A DNA stretch of 64,000 nucleotides from a virus (IMGVR_UViG_3300031555_004294:160001-224000), one strand, 5' to 3'. Shown: positions 28,254 through 38,145, numbered from the stretch's first letter. Notes: a model not told the origin generated them from the letters alone. Made by a program: numbers and translations.

Positions 28254-28279
28254 AAATATCAATTCTCCAATCTATTTTT

Positions 28280-28297
28280 CCACAGCTATAATATATA
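28280..28297 (-). promoter_or_regulatory. TATATATY early-type promoter driving array D
   Basis: Minus strand TATATATTatagctgtgg about 37 nt before 28253. Confidence 0.5.
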
Positions 28298-28356
28298 AAC
28301 AAAACTTGCTTTAATACAATACAAAAATTTCATTTTTTCTTTTAAATATATATACT

Positions 28357-28368
28357 AACATTGCATTA
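28357..28368 (+). promoter_or_regulatory. AACA-N6-TA late-type promoter
   Basis: AACAttgcatTA upstream of 28396. Confidence 0.55.
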
Positions 28369-28395
28369 AGTTTATAAGAAAAAGGAGATTTTATT

Positions 28396-28680
28396 ATGGA
28401 CGAAGAAATGATTGAAAGATCACCAGAAGCTATGAACGATCCAGAAAATGTAGTATTTAAGCGAGAAAAAGAAGAAAAATTTGTAAGATCTTATGATGAA
28501 ATTAAAGCACAGTTAGATAAAATTAAAAAGGAAAGATCTTTTCAAGAAGATCTTATGTCAAAAGGTATATTGGGTAATCAACTATATATACTGAATGTTG
28601 TTGAGTATACCTTACTTTGGATGTTAAATAACAATAACGATGATGTTTTACCATTTGAACATGAAAAAGGAGAAGTATAA
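28396..28680 (+). CDS. Hypothetical protein
   Basis: AAGGAG RBS; coupled to the RNAP gene. Confidence 0.75.
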   Translation: MDEEMIERSPEAMNDPENVVFKREKEEKFVRSYDEIKAQLDKIKKERSFQEDLMSKGILGNQLYILNVVEYTLLWMLNNNNDDVLPFEHEKGEV

Positions 28681-28683
28681 GGA

Positions 28684-30066
28684 ATGAAAACAGAATTTGT
28701 AAACCTAGAAAAATTGTATGATCCGAGCAGAGTTATAAGCAATCCTCAACCATTAACTAAAGAGAAGACATTCTCAGATGATGGTCTATTCTCAGAAAAG
28801 TTATTTGGTAAGTCTAATAGTGACTCTGACATGCTTTCTTACTCTTGTGATTGTGGTAAGTACAAAGGTAAGTTCTTAAGAGGATACAAATGTGATGAAT
28901 GTAAAACTGAAGTACAATTTCAGGAACCAATGTTAGAGAAATTGGCATGGATTTCTCTTGGAAAATATCATATCATCAATCCAGTATTTTATTATGAAAT
29001 TGCAAAGTTCACTGGTGGTACTCAGAAGCTTAACAAAATCTTAGCTTATGATAAGAAGATTGACAAAGATGGTAACATCATAGATGAAGAAAAGGGTGAG
29101 TATGATAACATCGGTTTAGTGCATTTTAAAGAAAACTTCTTTGAAGGTGAGAAAATTATTGACTATCTTTATGAGAACTCTAAGTACAAGAATAAAGATG
29201 TCGTTTATAATCTCTTGATGGAACATCAGGATAAAGTATTTTTACAACACATTCCAGTTTATGATACACTGCTTAGACCTGCTAGTGTAACTTATAAGGA
29301 CAAACCTGTATTCAAGTTTGATGAGATCAATAACTCCTACAATTTTATCATCAAGTTAGCTAATATGATCAACAAGGAAAGTAAGGATTTTGACTTAATT
29401 GTATTACCTAATTTGTTCAACATTCAGAATAAAGTAATTTTGGTGTTTAACAAAATCATCGAGAACTTGGCTGGTAAGAGTGGATTTATAAGATCTTCAA
29501 TCTTGGGATCGAGACTGAACTATAGTGCAAGATGTGTTATCACTCCTATGGAAGCTGGTAGAGATGTTACTGAAATAGTGTTCCCTTATATAGCATTTGT
29601 AGAACTTTATAGTTTCCAACTGATTAACATGTTGAGCAAGTTAAAGAAAATTTCTATGTTAGAAGCACAGAGAATCATTTTTGAAGCTCAAGCTAATTTT
29701 AACCCTGAAGTTTATAACTTGTGTATGGAATTAGTTAGGAAAACCAAGCATGGATTATTAGTGATCGTGAATAGAAATCCTACAATAGCGAGAGGATCTA
29801 TACAGTTACTTCGAATTGCTGACGTTAAGAATGACATTTCAGACCTTACAGTTTCACTTCATAACTGTGTTCTAGAATTATTTGGAGCCGATTACGACGG
29901 TGACGTTTTAAACTTCTTCCCACTTATGGATAATGAATATAAACAAGAATTCTACAAAGTTTTCAGTCCTAACAAAATGTTCGTATCAAATAATACTGGC
30001 AACTTTAACAGCAAGTTATCTATAGACCGCGACCAAGTTATTGGCATCCATCAGTTCAATTTATAA
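28684..30066 (+). CDS. Multisubunit RNA polymerase beta-prime N-terminal/catalytic subunit
   Basis: DGLFSEKLFG, CDCG..CDEC Zn ribbon, LRP, GKSGFIRSSILGSRLNYSARCVI, NRNPTI and catalytic GADYDGD. Confidence 0.95.
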   Translation: MKTEFVNLEKLYDPSRVISNPQPLTKEKTFSDDGLFSEKLFGKSNSDSDMLSYSCDCGKYKGKFLRGYKCDECKTEVQFQEPMLEKLAWISLGKYHIINPVFYYEIAKFTGGTQKLNKILAYDKKIDKDGNIIDEEKGEYDNIGLVHFKENFFEGEKIIDYLYENSKYKNKDVVYNLLMEHQDKVFLQHIPVYDTLLRPASVTYKDKPVFKFDEINNSYNFIIKLANMINKESKDFDLIVLPNLFNIQNKVILVFNKIIENLAGKSGFIRSSILGSRLNYSARCVITPMEAGRDVTEIVFPYIAFVELYSFQLINMLSKLKKISMLEAQRIIFEAQANFNPEVYNLCMELVRKTKHGLLVIVNRNPTIARGSIQLLRIADVKNDISDLTVSLHNCVLELFGADYDGDVLNFFPLMDNEYKQEFYKVFSPNKMFVSNNTGNFNSKLSIDRDQVIGIHQFNL

Positions 30067-30076
30067 TGATAAGAAT

Positions 30077-30111
30077 AGCCTAGATGTTTCATAAAAGAGA
30101 CATCTAGGCTA
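30077..30111 (+). terminator. Hairpin after RNAP gene
   Basis: TAGCCTAGATGT/ACATCTAGGCTA. Confidence 0.65.
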
Positions 30112-30132
30112 ATTTTCAAAGGAGATTTACAT

Positions 30133-30525
30133 ATGAGAAAACCTTCAATCGAAAACAAATACAATCTTAAGCCTTCTGATATTCCAAAACTAAAAATTTT
30201 AGACAGATCTCAAATCAAAGAACCTTTATTTTGGAGAAACAAAGTAGTACAAGCATGGTGCATTTCAAGAGTAATCGGTAGTAAAACTGATGTAAGATGT
30301 TGCAATGAGCATTCTGTCTGGATTGGAATTTATGATGAAGATGCTAAGGCTTATAAAGGAAAGATCAGATATTCATGTGACTGTTATGGTGGAATGTGTG
30401 GTTATGAATTCTCTGAGTTCTTTAAGGAATCTGAAATTGAGTGTGAAAATGATTTACTTACACAGGAAACTTTACTCCGTATAGTAAATGACTTAATTGA
30501 CAGAGGAATTTTAGGAAAAGAATAA
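30133..30525 (+). CDS. Hypothetical phage protein
   Basis: AAGGAG RBS; FWRN..AWC, YGGMC motifs. Confidence 0.75.
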   Translation: MRKPSIENKYNLKPSDIPKLKILDRSQIKEPLFWRNKVVQAWCISRVIGSKTDVRCCNEHSVWIGIYDEDAKAYKGKIRYSCDCYGGMCGYEFSEFFKESEIECENDLLTQETLLRIVNDLIDRGILGKE

Positions 30526-30570
30526 GAAAATGAGATAAAGGACTTTCATCCTTTATCTCATTTTTTTTTT
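30526..30570. terminator. Bidirectional terminator
   Basis: AAAATGAGATAAAGGA/TCCTTTATCTCATTTT. Confidence 0.85.
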
Positions 30571-30574
30571 GAAA

Positions 30575-31336
30575 TTATGCGTAAACGTAATAGTAAATTG
30601 TTGCTTCTTTCAAGTTATTAAAGTATGGTTCACTCTCGAAGGTAAGCTTTGTAGCAATCTCAATATTGTCCATACGGTCAGCTGCTTCATTGTAATTAGC
30701 AATACATAAAGCAATCTCATTGATAAAAGTATCACGTTCCCACATTGGATTGTCATTTTCGTCATACTTAAGTACAGTTCTGAAGTCATCTTCAGTAATC
30801 TTTAAAGTTAGCTTAAGAGCAATTTCATCCATTTGACCATATTCATTGGTATTCTTAACCCATTCCATCTTGTCAAATGACTTAGCATAGTAGTAGGTAT
30901 AATTCTTACCACTTGCATCTACTACTTCACTTTGAACAGGATTGTAATAAACACCCTTAAACTCATCAGGCTTAGTACCATTTTCATGTACTCTAAAAGG
31001 AATCTCATCACCTAAAGCACGAGCATTAGGCTCTACCGCAAGAACATTAAAAGGTTCGCCAGAAACACATCCACCACGACCAACTTTCCATAAGCAAATC
31101 TTCTTATTTGCAAGGTTTGTTTTGTTATATCCGTCGATGTTATTATCAATTGCAAACATCTTTTCTAATGCAAATGTACGTCCACGTAAAACTACTAAGT
31201 TATCTTTTTCAAGAATAGTCTCGCCAGAAATGTCATCTACGACAACAACATGACCTTTAAAAAATGTAACAGGTTTATTACCTTCAATCTTGTCTGATAG
31301 ATTGAATGGTTTTTCAAATAAGTTCATTTCATTCAT
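30575..31336 (-). CDS. Probable baseplate/tail structural protein
   Basis: KDNLVVLRGR, VGRGG and INEIAL motifs recall tail-collar/baseplate proteins; late operon. Confidence 0.55.
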   Translation of the reverse strand: MNEMNLFEKPFNLSDKIEGNKPVTFFKGHVVVVDDISGETILEKDNLVVLRGRTFALEKMFAIDNNIDGYNKTNLANKKICLWKVGRGGCVSGEPFNVLAVEPNARALGDEIPFRVHENGTKPDEFKGVYYNPVQSEVVDASGKNYTYYYAKSFDKMEWVKNTNEYGQMDEIALKLTLKITEDDFRTVLKYDENDNPMWERDTFINEIALCIANYNEAADRMDNIEIATKLTFESEPYFNNLKEATIYYYVYA

Positions 31337-31355
31337 TTTATTTTACCTACTTTCT

Positions 31356-34300
31356 TTAAATTTTTATTTCAATTTTGGTATCCAAACCGTCATTCATAGT
31401 GATAATTGCGGTTATGGAATCATGTAAGTTACTAAATGTTAAGAGTCCTAAATCTTGGTTACTAGAAAGATTATCTCTTGTAGCTAGTAAGTCTGCTTTC
31501 TTAGTTCCATTTAGTATCTTTGAAATTAGCTCTTTCAAAGTTTCCAATGTATTTTTATCTAAAAGACTCAAATTATTGATTGCAGACATTTTATCTGCTA
31601 AGTCCTTTAGTATTGATAAATATGCCATAGAGTTATCTAGTTTATGATCATCTAAAAGTGATAAGAGTTCAGATTTGAAATCTGTATTTAAGAAACTCAT
31701 AAGATCTTCATCATTGATAAATTTATCATTTTGGTTATCAAACCTTAAAGCATTACGTACTTTTATTAAGTCTTGTAATACAGGAATTACATCTATGATT
31801 CCTTTAGAATTACATATCTTGACAAAATCTAATAGATTCTCTAAATCGGCAATATATTCTTCTTGTGAAATAGCTAATTGATCGAATGTGAAAATTGTAT
31901 TATGAAATTTTTCATCAAATACCAGTATCGTATTAAGATCCCTTAACTGTATCGTATAAGACTTAATGAAATCGACTAACTGATAGATAAGATCTTTGAT
32001 GTAATCATTAATTATAGTGTTTCCTTGGATTATGAATTCAAATTCTTCATCTTCCAAATAGCTTTCTATAGAGTTACATAATTCGAGGATATATTGGTTG
32101 AAAATTAACTCTCTATCGTTACTATTCTCATTAGCAGATGTTACACATTTGTTAATATAGTTAGCTAGATTTTCATCAGTTTCTTGTAGGTAGCTATAGA
32201 AAGTTTTATTATTTCCAAATATCTCATTTCTGTAATTACTAGTGCACAAACAATAATACAATGCTTGGTAATGTCTGAAAACTCTATAATCATTAGTTTT
32301 CATAATTTTTTCTTCCAAATCTTTTCTAAAGTCATTGTTAGTTTTAAAGATATCTACAAAGGTATGCTGACTCATATTTCTATCTAAGTTTATAGTTTTT
32401 AGATATGTGTCTTTTCTCCTTTGTAAAGTCTCATTTGTTAATGCAATAACTTCATCAGGTTTTTCAGAAATTCCAGTTCTGTGATTTTGAACGCTTCTTT
32501 GAATATAGAAATCATAACTAGGATTTGTGTCAAAATTAGTTAAAAATTCTTCTATAGCTTCTTTTGACAATATTTTTTTCTTGTTCCACAATCTATAATA
32601 TTCGACTTCGCTAAAAAATATTGACGATGTGAAATTATAGGTATCAATTAGTTCTTCATACCGTTTAATATTGTTTTCTACATTATTAGCATCAAATTCG
32701 TCATTTAAAAATTTATAGGTGATGTACTTAAAATATACATCTGAGAATACAAGATTCCTGTCTAATAAAAATTCTCTAAAATTAGATTCTGTACTATTAC
32801 CATCAAAGAATTCATCACATTTAAGAACGATTACTTGTTCTTCAATGCAATAGCTTTCTTTATACTCTTTTTCTTCACGATCATTTCTCACTGATGTTAA
32901 GTATACTGTTGTATAGTACAATGCTAGTACTTTTCTAAAATATAAATTTTCTGGTAGAGACGATTTAAATGCATCTAGCGTAATTTCACGATTTACAAAC
33001 TGTTTTGCTAATTCAGTATATTCTGTTTTTAGTTCAAAAGTCTTTATAAAATTATCAAATGACGTAAAAGATATACTACCACTGAAGAAGCTTTCAATAT
33101 GATTATGAACTGAATTTAAGTCAATGTACGACTTAAAATCATAAATTTCAGAAAGTCTACTATATGTGTCATGACTCATATGGTTATTTTTAAACTTTCT
33201 GTAATTGTCAATTAGATTTTCTATAGTAGATCGATTTGATAGATCCTCAAAAGCTTCTTTATTAGCTTCTTTGATTTCATTAAATTCGTCTTCTGTTATA
33301 TTTAGTCTAACATACTCCTGAATGTAGTGGTTTACTAGAACTAAGTCTTTATCAAGATTGTAGCGTTTCAAATACCCATAGAATTTATCTTCTTCTTGTG
33401 CTTGAACGGTACTAATAATATACTCTGTAACTGAAGAATAATTTCCACTTTCAATTAGCTTTGCTGCTATATCTTGTTTATGTTCTTGTAAGTAAGTTTC
33501 AAACGTATAAGTATCTTCAGTTATTGTATCATCTTCATTGGCAATATACTCATCGTAATAAGTGTTGTATATCTTCTCACGATCTACTTTTGAAAGATAG
33601 TTATAAAAATTGTAATTGTTGTCAATCTCTGGTACTATGAAATTATCGACATACTTTTTTAACGTATAGGTTTTTTCATTTAAACCATGTTTAGTTAAAT
33701 ATGAGTTGTAAACCTTTTTTAAATCATTTTGTTGACTAATTTCAAGACACTCAAATAAGTCAAATTTTTTAGAAAGAATATATTTACTTGTAAAATTGTA
33801 AACATCATCTAGCAAATCTTCATAATTAAAACCATAGACTCTAGCAATTGCAGATGGTGTCTTAACAATATTGTCAACATAATTGTATTTTTTCATGGTT
33901 AAACTGTACAATGCTAGTAACGCATTAAGCAAACTAACCTTATTAGGTGCGACAGTGTAATTGTAAAAATACAAGTTGTTAAGTCCAGATTTATTAGAAT
34001 TTCTATACTTGTCTTCAATATAGTACAGTAGACTTGAAAAATTTGAAAAATCAATACCAAATTTGGTGAGATTCATGAAACTATCTACCGAAATGTACTT
34101 AGAGTAGATAAAATTAAATGAGTCGTTTATAAGCTGCAAATACTCATTTGAATAGTTTCCGTTTTCATCCTTTTCACTAGAAACATACCAGTATTTGTCA
34201 TCCTTTATAAAGTCTTCGTAATCAAATTTAGTATGCTTTTCTGGATCTTTAATTGCCAATTCAATATTTGTTTCTTCAGCATCAACACCATAGAATGCAA

Positions 34301-35255
34301 GTTTAGCTTTGTCAACTAAAATATTACCAGTACTATCCTTCTCGTACTCCTTGCACATAAAGTATTTCATAACTCTAATGTTGTCAAAGCCAAAGATTTC
34401 TAGAACATTGATAATTGCTTTAGTTGTACCTTTATTTTTGATGAGGTAGTTTATATTCTTTAAAATACGTTTTTGGTACTTTAATGGAAAGTCAAAGAAA
34501 TAATCTAGACCATAAGATAAGAAAAGGTTTCTAATTGAATACTCATCAAAGAAATCTATGTCATCTATATTTTCCATATGCGAAGCTAAGAATCTTTGAA
34601 TTGCTAAGAAAATTATCATTAACTTGCACAAGTTATTATAATTTGGATTATCTAGTTTATATGCTTGATTATAACAAGTTTTGATAAAGTAATTTTGTGC
34701 AGAACTATAACATTCCTTAAATTTTTTTACTTCATATGCAGATAAAATACCTTCTTTGTAATGCAGAATTGAAAAATTCTGATACATACGTGCCGCTACA
34801 AAAAAAGGAAGATTTGTATTTTCCATAAAATCTTCTAAAGTATTTAGAATTGTTTCTTCATCTTTAATAAAAGTCTCGTAGATATTTTTGTAGTAGGGAT
34901 TCATTTCTCCCTTTCTCATGTATGCAGTATAAATTGAGAAACGTTTTTGTTCTAATAGTAGATTCTCTCGATTACCGCCATCAAGATTGTCTTTTCTTCT
35001 CAAATCTTGTATGGTACTACAAGAAGCATCTACAGAGCTAATGTCATTCACAGATATATTGTAATTTTCTACTCTATCTGATCTAAGCACAGCTCTAGTT
35101 AATTCATATGCTCTTGAAGAACTTTCCATAGTTTCAGTAAGTTCTGCTTTATCTTCATCCTTGATTATTAATTTCTCGCAAAAATCTATAATTCTACTAA
35201 ACTCTATCATTGAACGTTTATCAGTGAAATATGTTTTCATTTCCATATGGTACAA
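31356..35255 (-). CDS. Large virion/baseplate protein
   Basis: 1299 aa; YLIKNKGTTKAIINVLEIFG resembles the baseplate wedge KGT motif; late motif at 35293-35304. Confidence 0.6.
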   Translation of the reverse strand: MYHMEMKTYFTDKRSMIEFSRIIDFCEKLIIKDEDKAELTETMESSSRAYELTRAVLRSDRVENYNISVNDISSVDASCSTIQDLRRKDNLDGGNRENLLLEQKRFSIYTAYMRKGEMNPYYKNIYETFIKDEETILNTLEDFMENTNLPFFVAARMYQNFSILHYKEGILSAYEVKKFKECYSSAQNYFIKTCYNQAYKLDNPNYNNLCKLMIIFLAIQRFLASHMENIDDIDFFDEYSIRNLFLSYGLDYFFDFPLKYQKRILKNINYLIKNKGTTKAIINVLEIFGFDNIRVMKYFMCKEYEKDSTGNILVDKAKLAFYGVDAEETNIELAIKDPEKHTKFDYEDFIKDDKYWYVSSEKDENGNYSNEYLQLINDSFNFIYSKYISVDSFMNLTKFGIDFSNFSSLLYYIEDKYRNSNKSGLNNLYFYNYTVAPNKVSLLNALLALYSLTMKKYNYVDNIVKTPSAIARVYGFNYEDLLDDVYNFTSKYILSKKFDLFECLEISQQNDLKKVYNSYLTKHGLNEKTYTLKKYVDNFIVPEIDNNYNFYNYLSKVDREKIYNTYYDEYIANEDDTITEDTYTFETYLQEHKQDIAAKLIESGNYSSVTEYIISTVQAQEEDKFYGYLKRYNLDKDLVLVNHYIQEYVRLNITEDEFNEIKEANKEAFEDLSNRSTIENLIDNYRKFKNNHMSHDTYSRLSEIYDFKSYIDLNSVHNHIESFFSGSISFTSFDNFIKTFELKTEYTELAKQFVNREITLDAFKSSLPENLYFRKVLALYYTTVYLTSVRNDREEKEYKESYCIEEQVIVLKCDEFFDGNSTESNFREFLLDRNLVFSDVYFKYITYKFLNDEFDANNVENNIKRYEELIDTYNFTSSIFFSEVEYYRLWNKKKILSKEAIEEFLTNFDTNPSYDFYIQRSVQNHRTGISEKPDEVIALTNETLQRRKDTYLKTINLDRNMSQHTFVDIFKTNNDFRKDLEEKIMKTNDYRVFRHYQALYYCLCTSNYRNEIFGNNKTFYSYLQETDENLANYINKCVTSANENSNDRELIFNQYILELCNSIESYLEDEEFEFIIQGNTIINDYIKDLIYQLVDFIKSYTIQLRDLNTILVFDEKFHNTIFTFDQLAISQEEYIADLENLLDFVKICNSKGIIDVIPVLQDLIKVRNALRFDNQNDKFINDEDLMSFLNTDFKSELLSLLDDHKLDNSMAYLSILKDLADKMSAINNLSLLDKNTLETLKELISKILNGTKKADLLATRDNLSSNQDLGLLTFSNLHDSITAIITMNDGLDTKIEIKI

Positions 35256-35292
35256 ATCTACCTCCTTCCCTTATTTTTATATTTTTTTCGAT

Positions 35293-35304
35293 TATTGTAT
35301 TGTT
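35293..35304 (-). promoter_or_regulatory. AACA-N6-TA late-type promoter
   Basis: Minus strand AACAatacaaTA. Confidence 0.6.
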
Positions 35305-35400
35305 GAGAGAATGAAAATTTAAAGAACTAAGAATTAATCTCATGGAACATAGAAAAAAAGAAGTTAAGCTTATTTACTTAACCTCTTTTTCGAACTTCAT

Positions 35401-35757
35401 TTATTTCGTTAACTCTAAAAGTTGTTTTTCCAAAGCATTAAACTGGATCATTTTGTTTAGTAAATTGAAGTTGTCGATCTCATACTTCTCAAGTATCTCG
35501 TAGTTGTAATAATCGTCTATGTTTAGTAAATCATCATAGTATTGAACGATGTTTTCATCTTCAGTTAGATTAAGTAAAGAAACTCTATCCTTTAATGTAA
35601 GATCATCGTTATACGCATTTAAAAAGATAATGCATTTTCTGAAGCATATAATCTCTGCATCATTAAATCTTATTACTACTCCAACCTCATAATTCTTAGT
35701 TAATACTGCTGTAAATGGTTGTAAAACATGTTTACTTAAATTCTCCTTTTTATTCAT
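35401..35757 (-). CDS. Hypothetical protein (early motif at 35804-35811)
   Basis: AAGGAG RBS. Confidence 0.7.
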   Translation of the reverse strand: MNKKENLSKHVLQPFTAVLTKNYEVGVVIRFNDAEIICFRKCIIFLNAYNDDLTLKDRVSLLNLTEDENIVQYYDDLLNIDDYYNYEILEKYEIDNFNLLNKMIQFNALEKQLLELTK

Positions 35758-35837
35758 TATTTCTCTCCTTTAGTAAAAGACTAGTTAATGGTTACAGCTT
35801 AAAGATATATAGCCATAAACGTTTAAAATACGTTTTC

Positions 35838-35849
35838 AACAACTATATA
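35838..35849 (+). promoter_or_regulatory. AACA-N6-TA late-type promoter
   Basis: AACAactataTA upstream of 35882. Confidence 0.6.
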
Positions 35850-35881
35850 AAATAACAATAGAAAGGATGGTGTATGTATAA

Positions 35882-36571
35882 ATGATACTAGAAAATGATA
35901 AGATCATAGATATTTCATCCACAACAGATGAAAATGGAAATGTTTCAATACAATCACCTAAATCTTATTATAAGTTACCTTACTATGTAACTGCTTTTTA
36001 TGAAGATAGCGAATACACAAAGTTTATAAAAAATGTTGAAAAAGATATAAGACGTTCTGATGAATATTCAGCGTATTTATGGAGTCTGAGAAATTTAGGA
36101 ATGGAAAATTGTGCGTTTCTAGGAAATGTTAATGATGAAAACGCAACCATTGAATTTCACCACTATCCATTTACTTTATATGACATCGTAAGTACGGTAA
36201 TTGAAAAACGTCTGTACAATAAAGAGTACACTAGTACATTCTTAGTAGCTAGTGAAGTATTAAAACTACATTTTGATAATAAGATTGGCTTGATACCTCT
36301 ATCTAAAACTGTACATGAATTAGTTCATGCTGGAGAAGTTTTCATTAATCTAAATCAAGTCTTTGGCAATTATCAACAATTTGTAAACGAGTATGAAATG
36401 TTTATACCATTAGAAGCTAAAAATAACTACAACAAAGTGGTGGAAGCTAGTAAAAATGATGTTGCATATAGTAGCAATGACATTTTAAAATACAATGGGA
36501 ATAACAAATCAATAGTGGTTGAAGCTGATTTTGCTCCTTCAATTGCAAAAGAAGAAGAGGATACTGATTAA
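35882..36571 (+). CDS. HNH-like (His-Me) protein, paralog 1
   Basis: C..L, IEFHHYPF, IGLIPLSKTVHELVH. Confidence 0.6.
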   Translation: MILENDKIIDISSTTDENGNVSIQSPKSYYKLPYYVTAFYEDSEYTKFIKNVEKDIRRSDEYSAYLWSLRNLGMENCAFLGNVNDENATIEFHHYPFTLYDIVSTVIEKRLYNKEYTSTFLVASEVLKLHFDNKIGLIPLSKTVHELVHAGEVFINLNQVFGNYQQFVNEYEMFIPLEAKNNYNKVVEASKNDVAYSSNDILKYNGNNKSIVVEADFAPSIAKEEEDTD

Positions 36572-36593
36572 TTTCAGTATCCTCATTTCATGT

Positions 36594-36875
36594 TTAGTAT
36601 CTTACAAATTCTGAATAAAGTTCATCATATCTATAGGTTTCTTTATCAATTTGTCCTGCGTTTATAGCTATCTCTAAGGCTTCAACTCTATCAACAAATC
36701 TTTCTGTATTAGTTAAGAAACCTTGTTGCTCATTTTTAAGATCTCTCATTGAACGATATATATCTGCACAAGAAAACCAGTTAATGCAATATGCATGATT
36801 CGGTCCCCAAACAATATCAAATTCTTCTTGACCCTTAAGTCGATATTTGATTGCAGCTGCTTTAATTCTTTCCAT
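36594..36875 (-). CDS. Phage hypothetical protein
   Basis: QGFLTNTERFVDRVEALEIA...LYSE motif, recalled from other phage proteins. Confidence 0.7.
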   Translation of the reverse strand: MERIKAAAIKYRLKGQEEFDIVWGPNHAYCINWFSCADIYRSMRDLKNEQQGFLTNTERFVDRVEALEIAINAGQIDKETYRYDELYSEFVRY

Positions 36876-36896
36876 TTATAAATACCTTCTCTTCAT

Positions 36897-37193
36897 TTAA
36901 ATTGCAAATTTAGAAATCAAAGAGTAAATATCTCTATCGCATTCTACATAAACAGTATTCCAGTCTACTTCATGAGCATTATATTTTCGTTTTCTTTGTA
37001 AATTTGCTTTCATAACCAATGAACAGAGCAAAGACTTTGCACTTAGCATCCATTCACTATCATTTTCATCTTTTCCACGAACAATGACTTCATAAGGAAT
37101 TTTAGTGCAAATACTAACAAATTCCTCAATATCACTATCAGAATTCAGTGCAATATAAGTTCTGTATAGATGCTTTTCATTTGTGTTTTCCAT
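36897..37193 (-). CDS. HPr-like protein lacking the His15 motif
   Basis: IEEFVSIC..IPYEV...SAKSLL matches the HPr helix and the AKS (Ser46) loop. Confidence 0.55.
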   Translation of the reverse strand: MENTNEKHLYRTYIALNSDSDIEEFVSICTKIPYEVIVRGKDENDSEWMLSAKSLLCSLVMKANLQRKRKYNAHEVDWNTVYVECDRDIYSLISKFAI

Positions 37194-37236
37194 ATGTATT
37201 ATCCTCCTTTCTTTTATCCTCCAATATTTTTGTTAA

Positions 37237-37425
37237 TTATTTTTTTACAATCTTTTCATTAGCAACATCTATTGCATTGTCAATAGCATAGTACAAATTT
37301 GTAAGATAAGCTATTTCAGTTTTATCTCTACCTTCTTGTCTCAGAAGTATACAAACTTCTGAAAGAGAATTTTTAAGGTTTTCCTTAATATCTTGTAGAA
37401 GAGCGTTATTTTCTGTCAATTTCAT
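37237..37425 (-). CDS. Hypothetical protein
   Basis: AAAGGGA RBS. Confidence 0.55.
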   Translation of the reverse strand: MKLTENNALLQDIKENLKNSLSEVCILLRQEGRDKTEIAYLTNLYYAIDNAIDVANEKIVKK

Positions 37426-37497
37426 AAAACAAAATCCCTTTCTAAAAAAAAATGTCTATAGGCTCCATTGAAGGAACCTATAGACAATAAAATTTTA

Positions 37498-37929
37498 TTA
37501 CTTACTCATCTTAGCTGCAAGTTCAGCTTGTTCAGCTTCATACTTAGCCTTTTCACGTTTTGCATTTTCAGTAATAGCCATGAGAATCAGTTCATTGACG
37601 AGTGCAAAGTCATCACAACCCTGATAGTCATTTTCAGTAGTAAAATTCTTCTGACTATATTCTGTTACGTTAGGTTCAATCACAAAGAAACGTCCAGCTA
37701 CATTAGAATACGCAGGAACAATCTTAAAGAATCTGATTTTGGGAATATTTCTCTGTAATTGTGCCGCATAAATGATTGCTTCATCTTGACTTGGGAAGAT
37801 TAAATTTCTGCCATTTTCATCTACCAAATCAGTTACAGCTTTAGACAGATAATCATTTAACTCTTCATCAGTCATGTTAGTAATGCTTTTTGCATCTAAT
37901 TCGTTAAAGTTCATAATTTTGTCCTCCAT
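37498..37929 (-). CDS. Hypothetical protein
   Basis: ORF in operon. Confidence 0.7.
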   Translation of the reverse strand: MEDKIMNFNELDAKSITNMTDEELNDYLSKAVTDLVDENGRNLIFPSQDEAIIYAAQLQRNIPKIRFFKIVPAYSNVAGRFFVIEPNVTEYSQKNFTTENDYQGCDDFALVNELILMAITENAKREKAKYEAEQAELAAKMSK

Positions 37930-38123
37930 TATTTATAGTGTTTACAAGCACTCTTAGCTCTATCTTTGTATTTACTACAAAAACCATAATCATTATCTTC
38001 GCATTCATTGTTTCTACATTTGTTGAATTGGTTGCGTTTTATTCGCTTACCACCTTTTGAACGAACATTCAAATCATCATAGTTGTCATTAAACTTTGTC
38101 TTTCGTTTAAAATCGTCCTTCAT
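37929..38123 (-). CDS. Small basic Cys-containing protein
   Basis: GGAAAGG RBS; four Cys. Confidence 0.6.
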   Translation of the reverse strand: MKDDFKRKTKFNDNYDDLNVRSKGGKRIKRNQFNKCRNNECEDNDYGFCSKYKDRAKSACKHYK

Positions 38124-38145
38124 TTTGTGAAAAAACCTTTCCTTC

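Noticed and set aside
14705-28262. Diversity-generating retroelement behind the variable paralogs
   Set aside because: No reverse transcriptase and no TR/VR pair with adenine-specific mismatches were seen.
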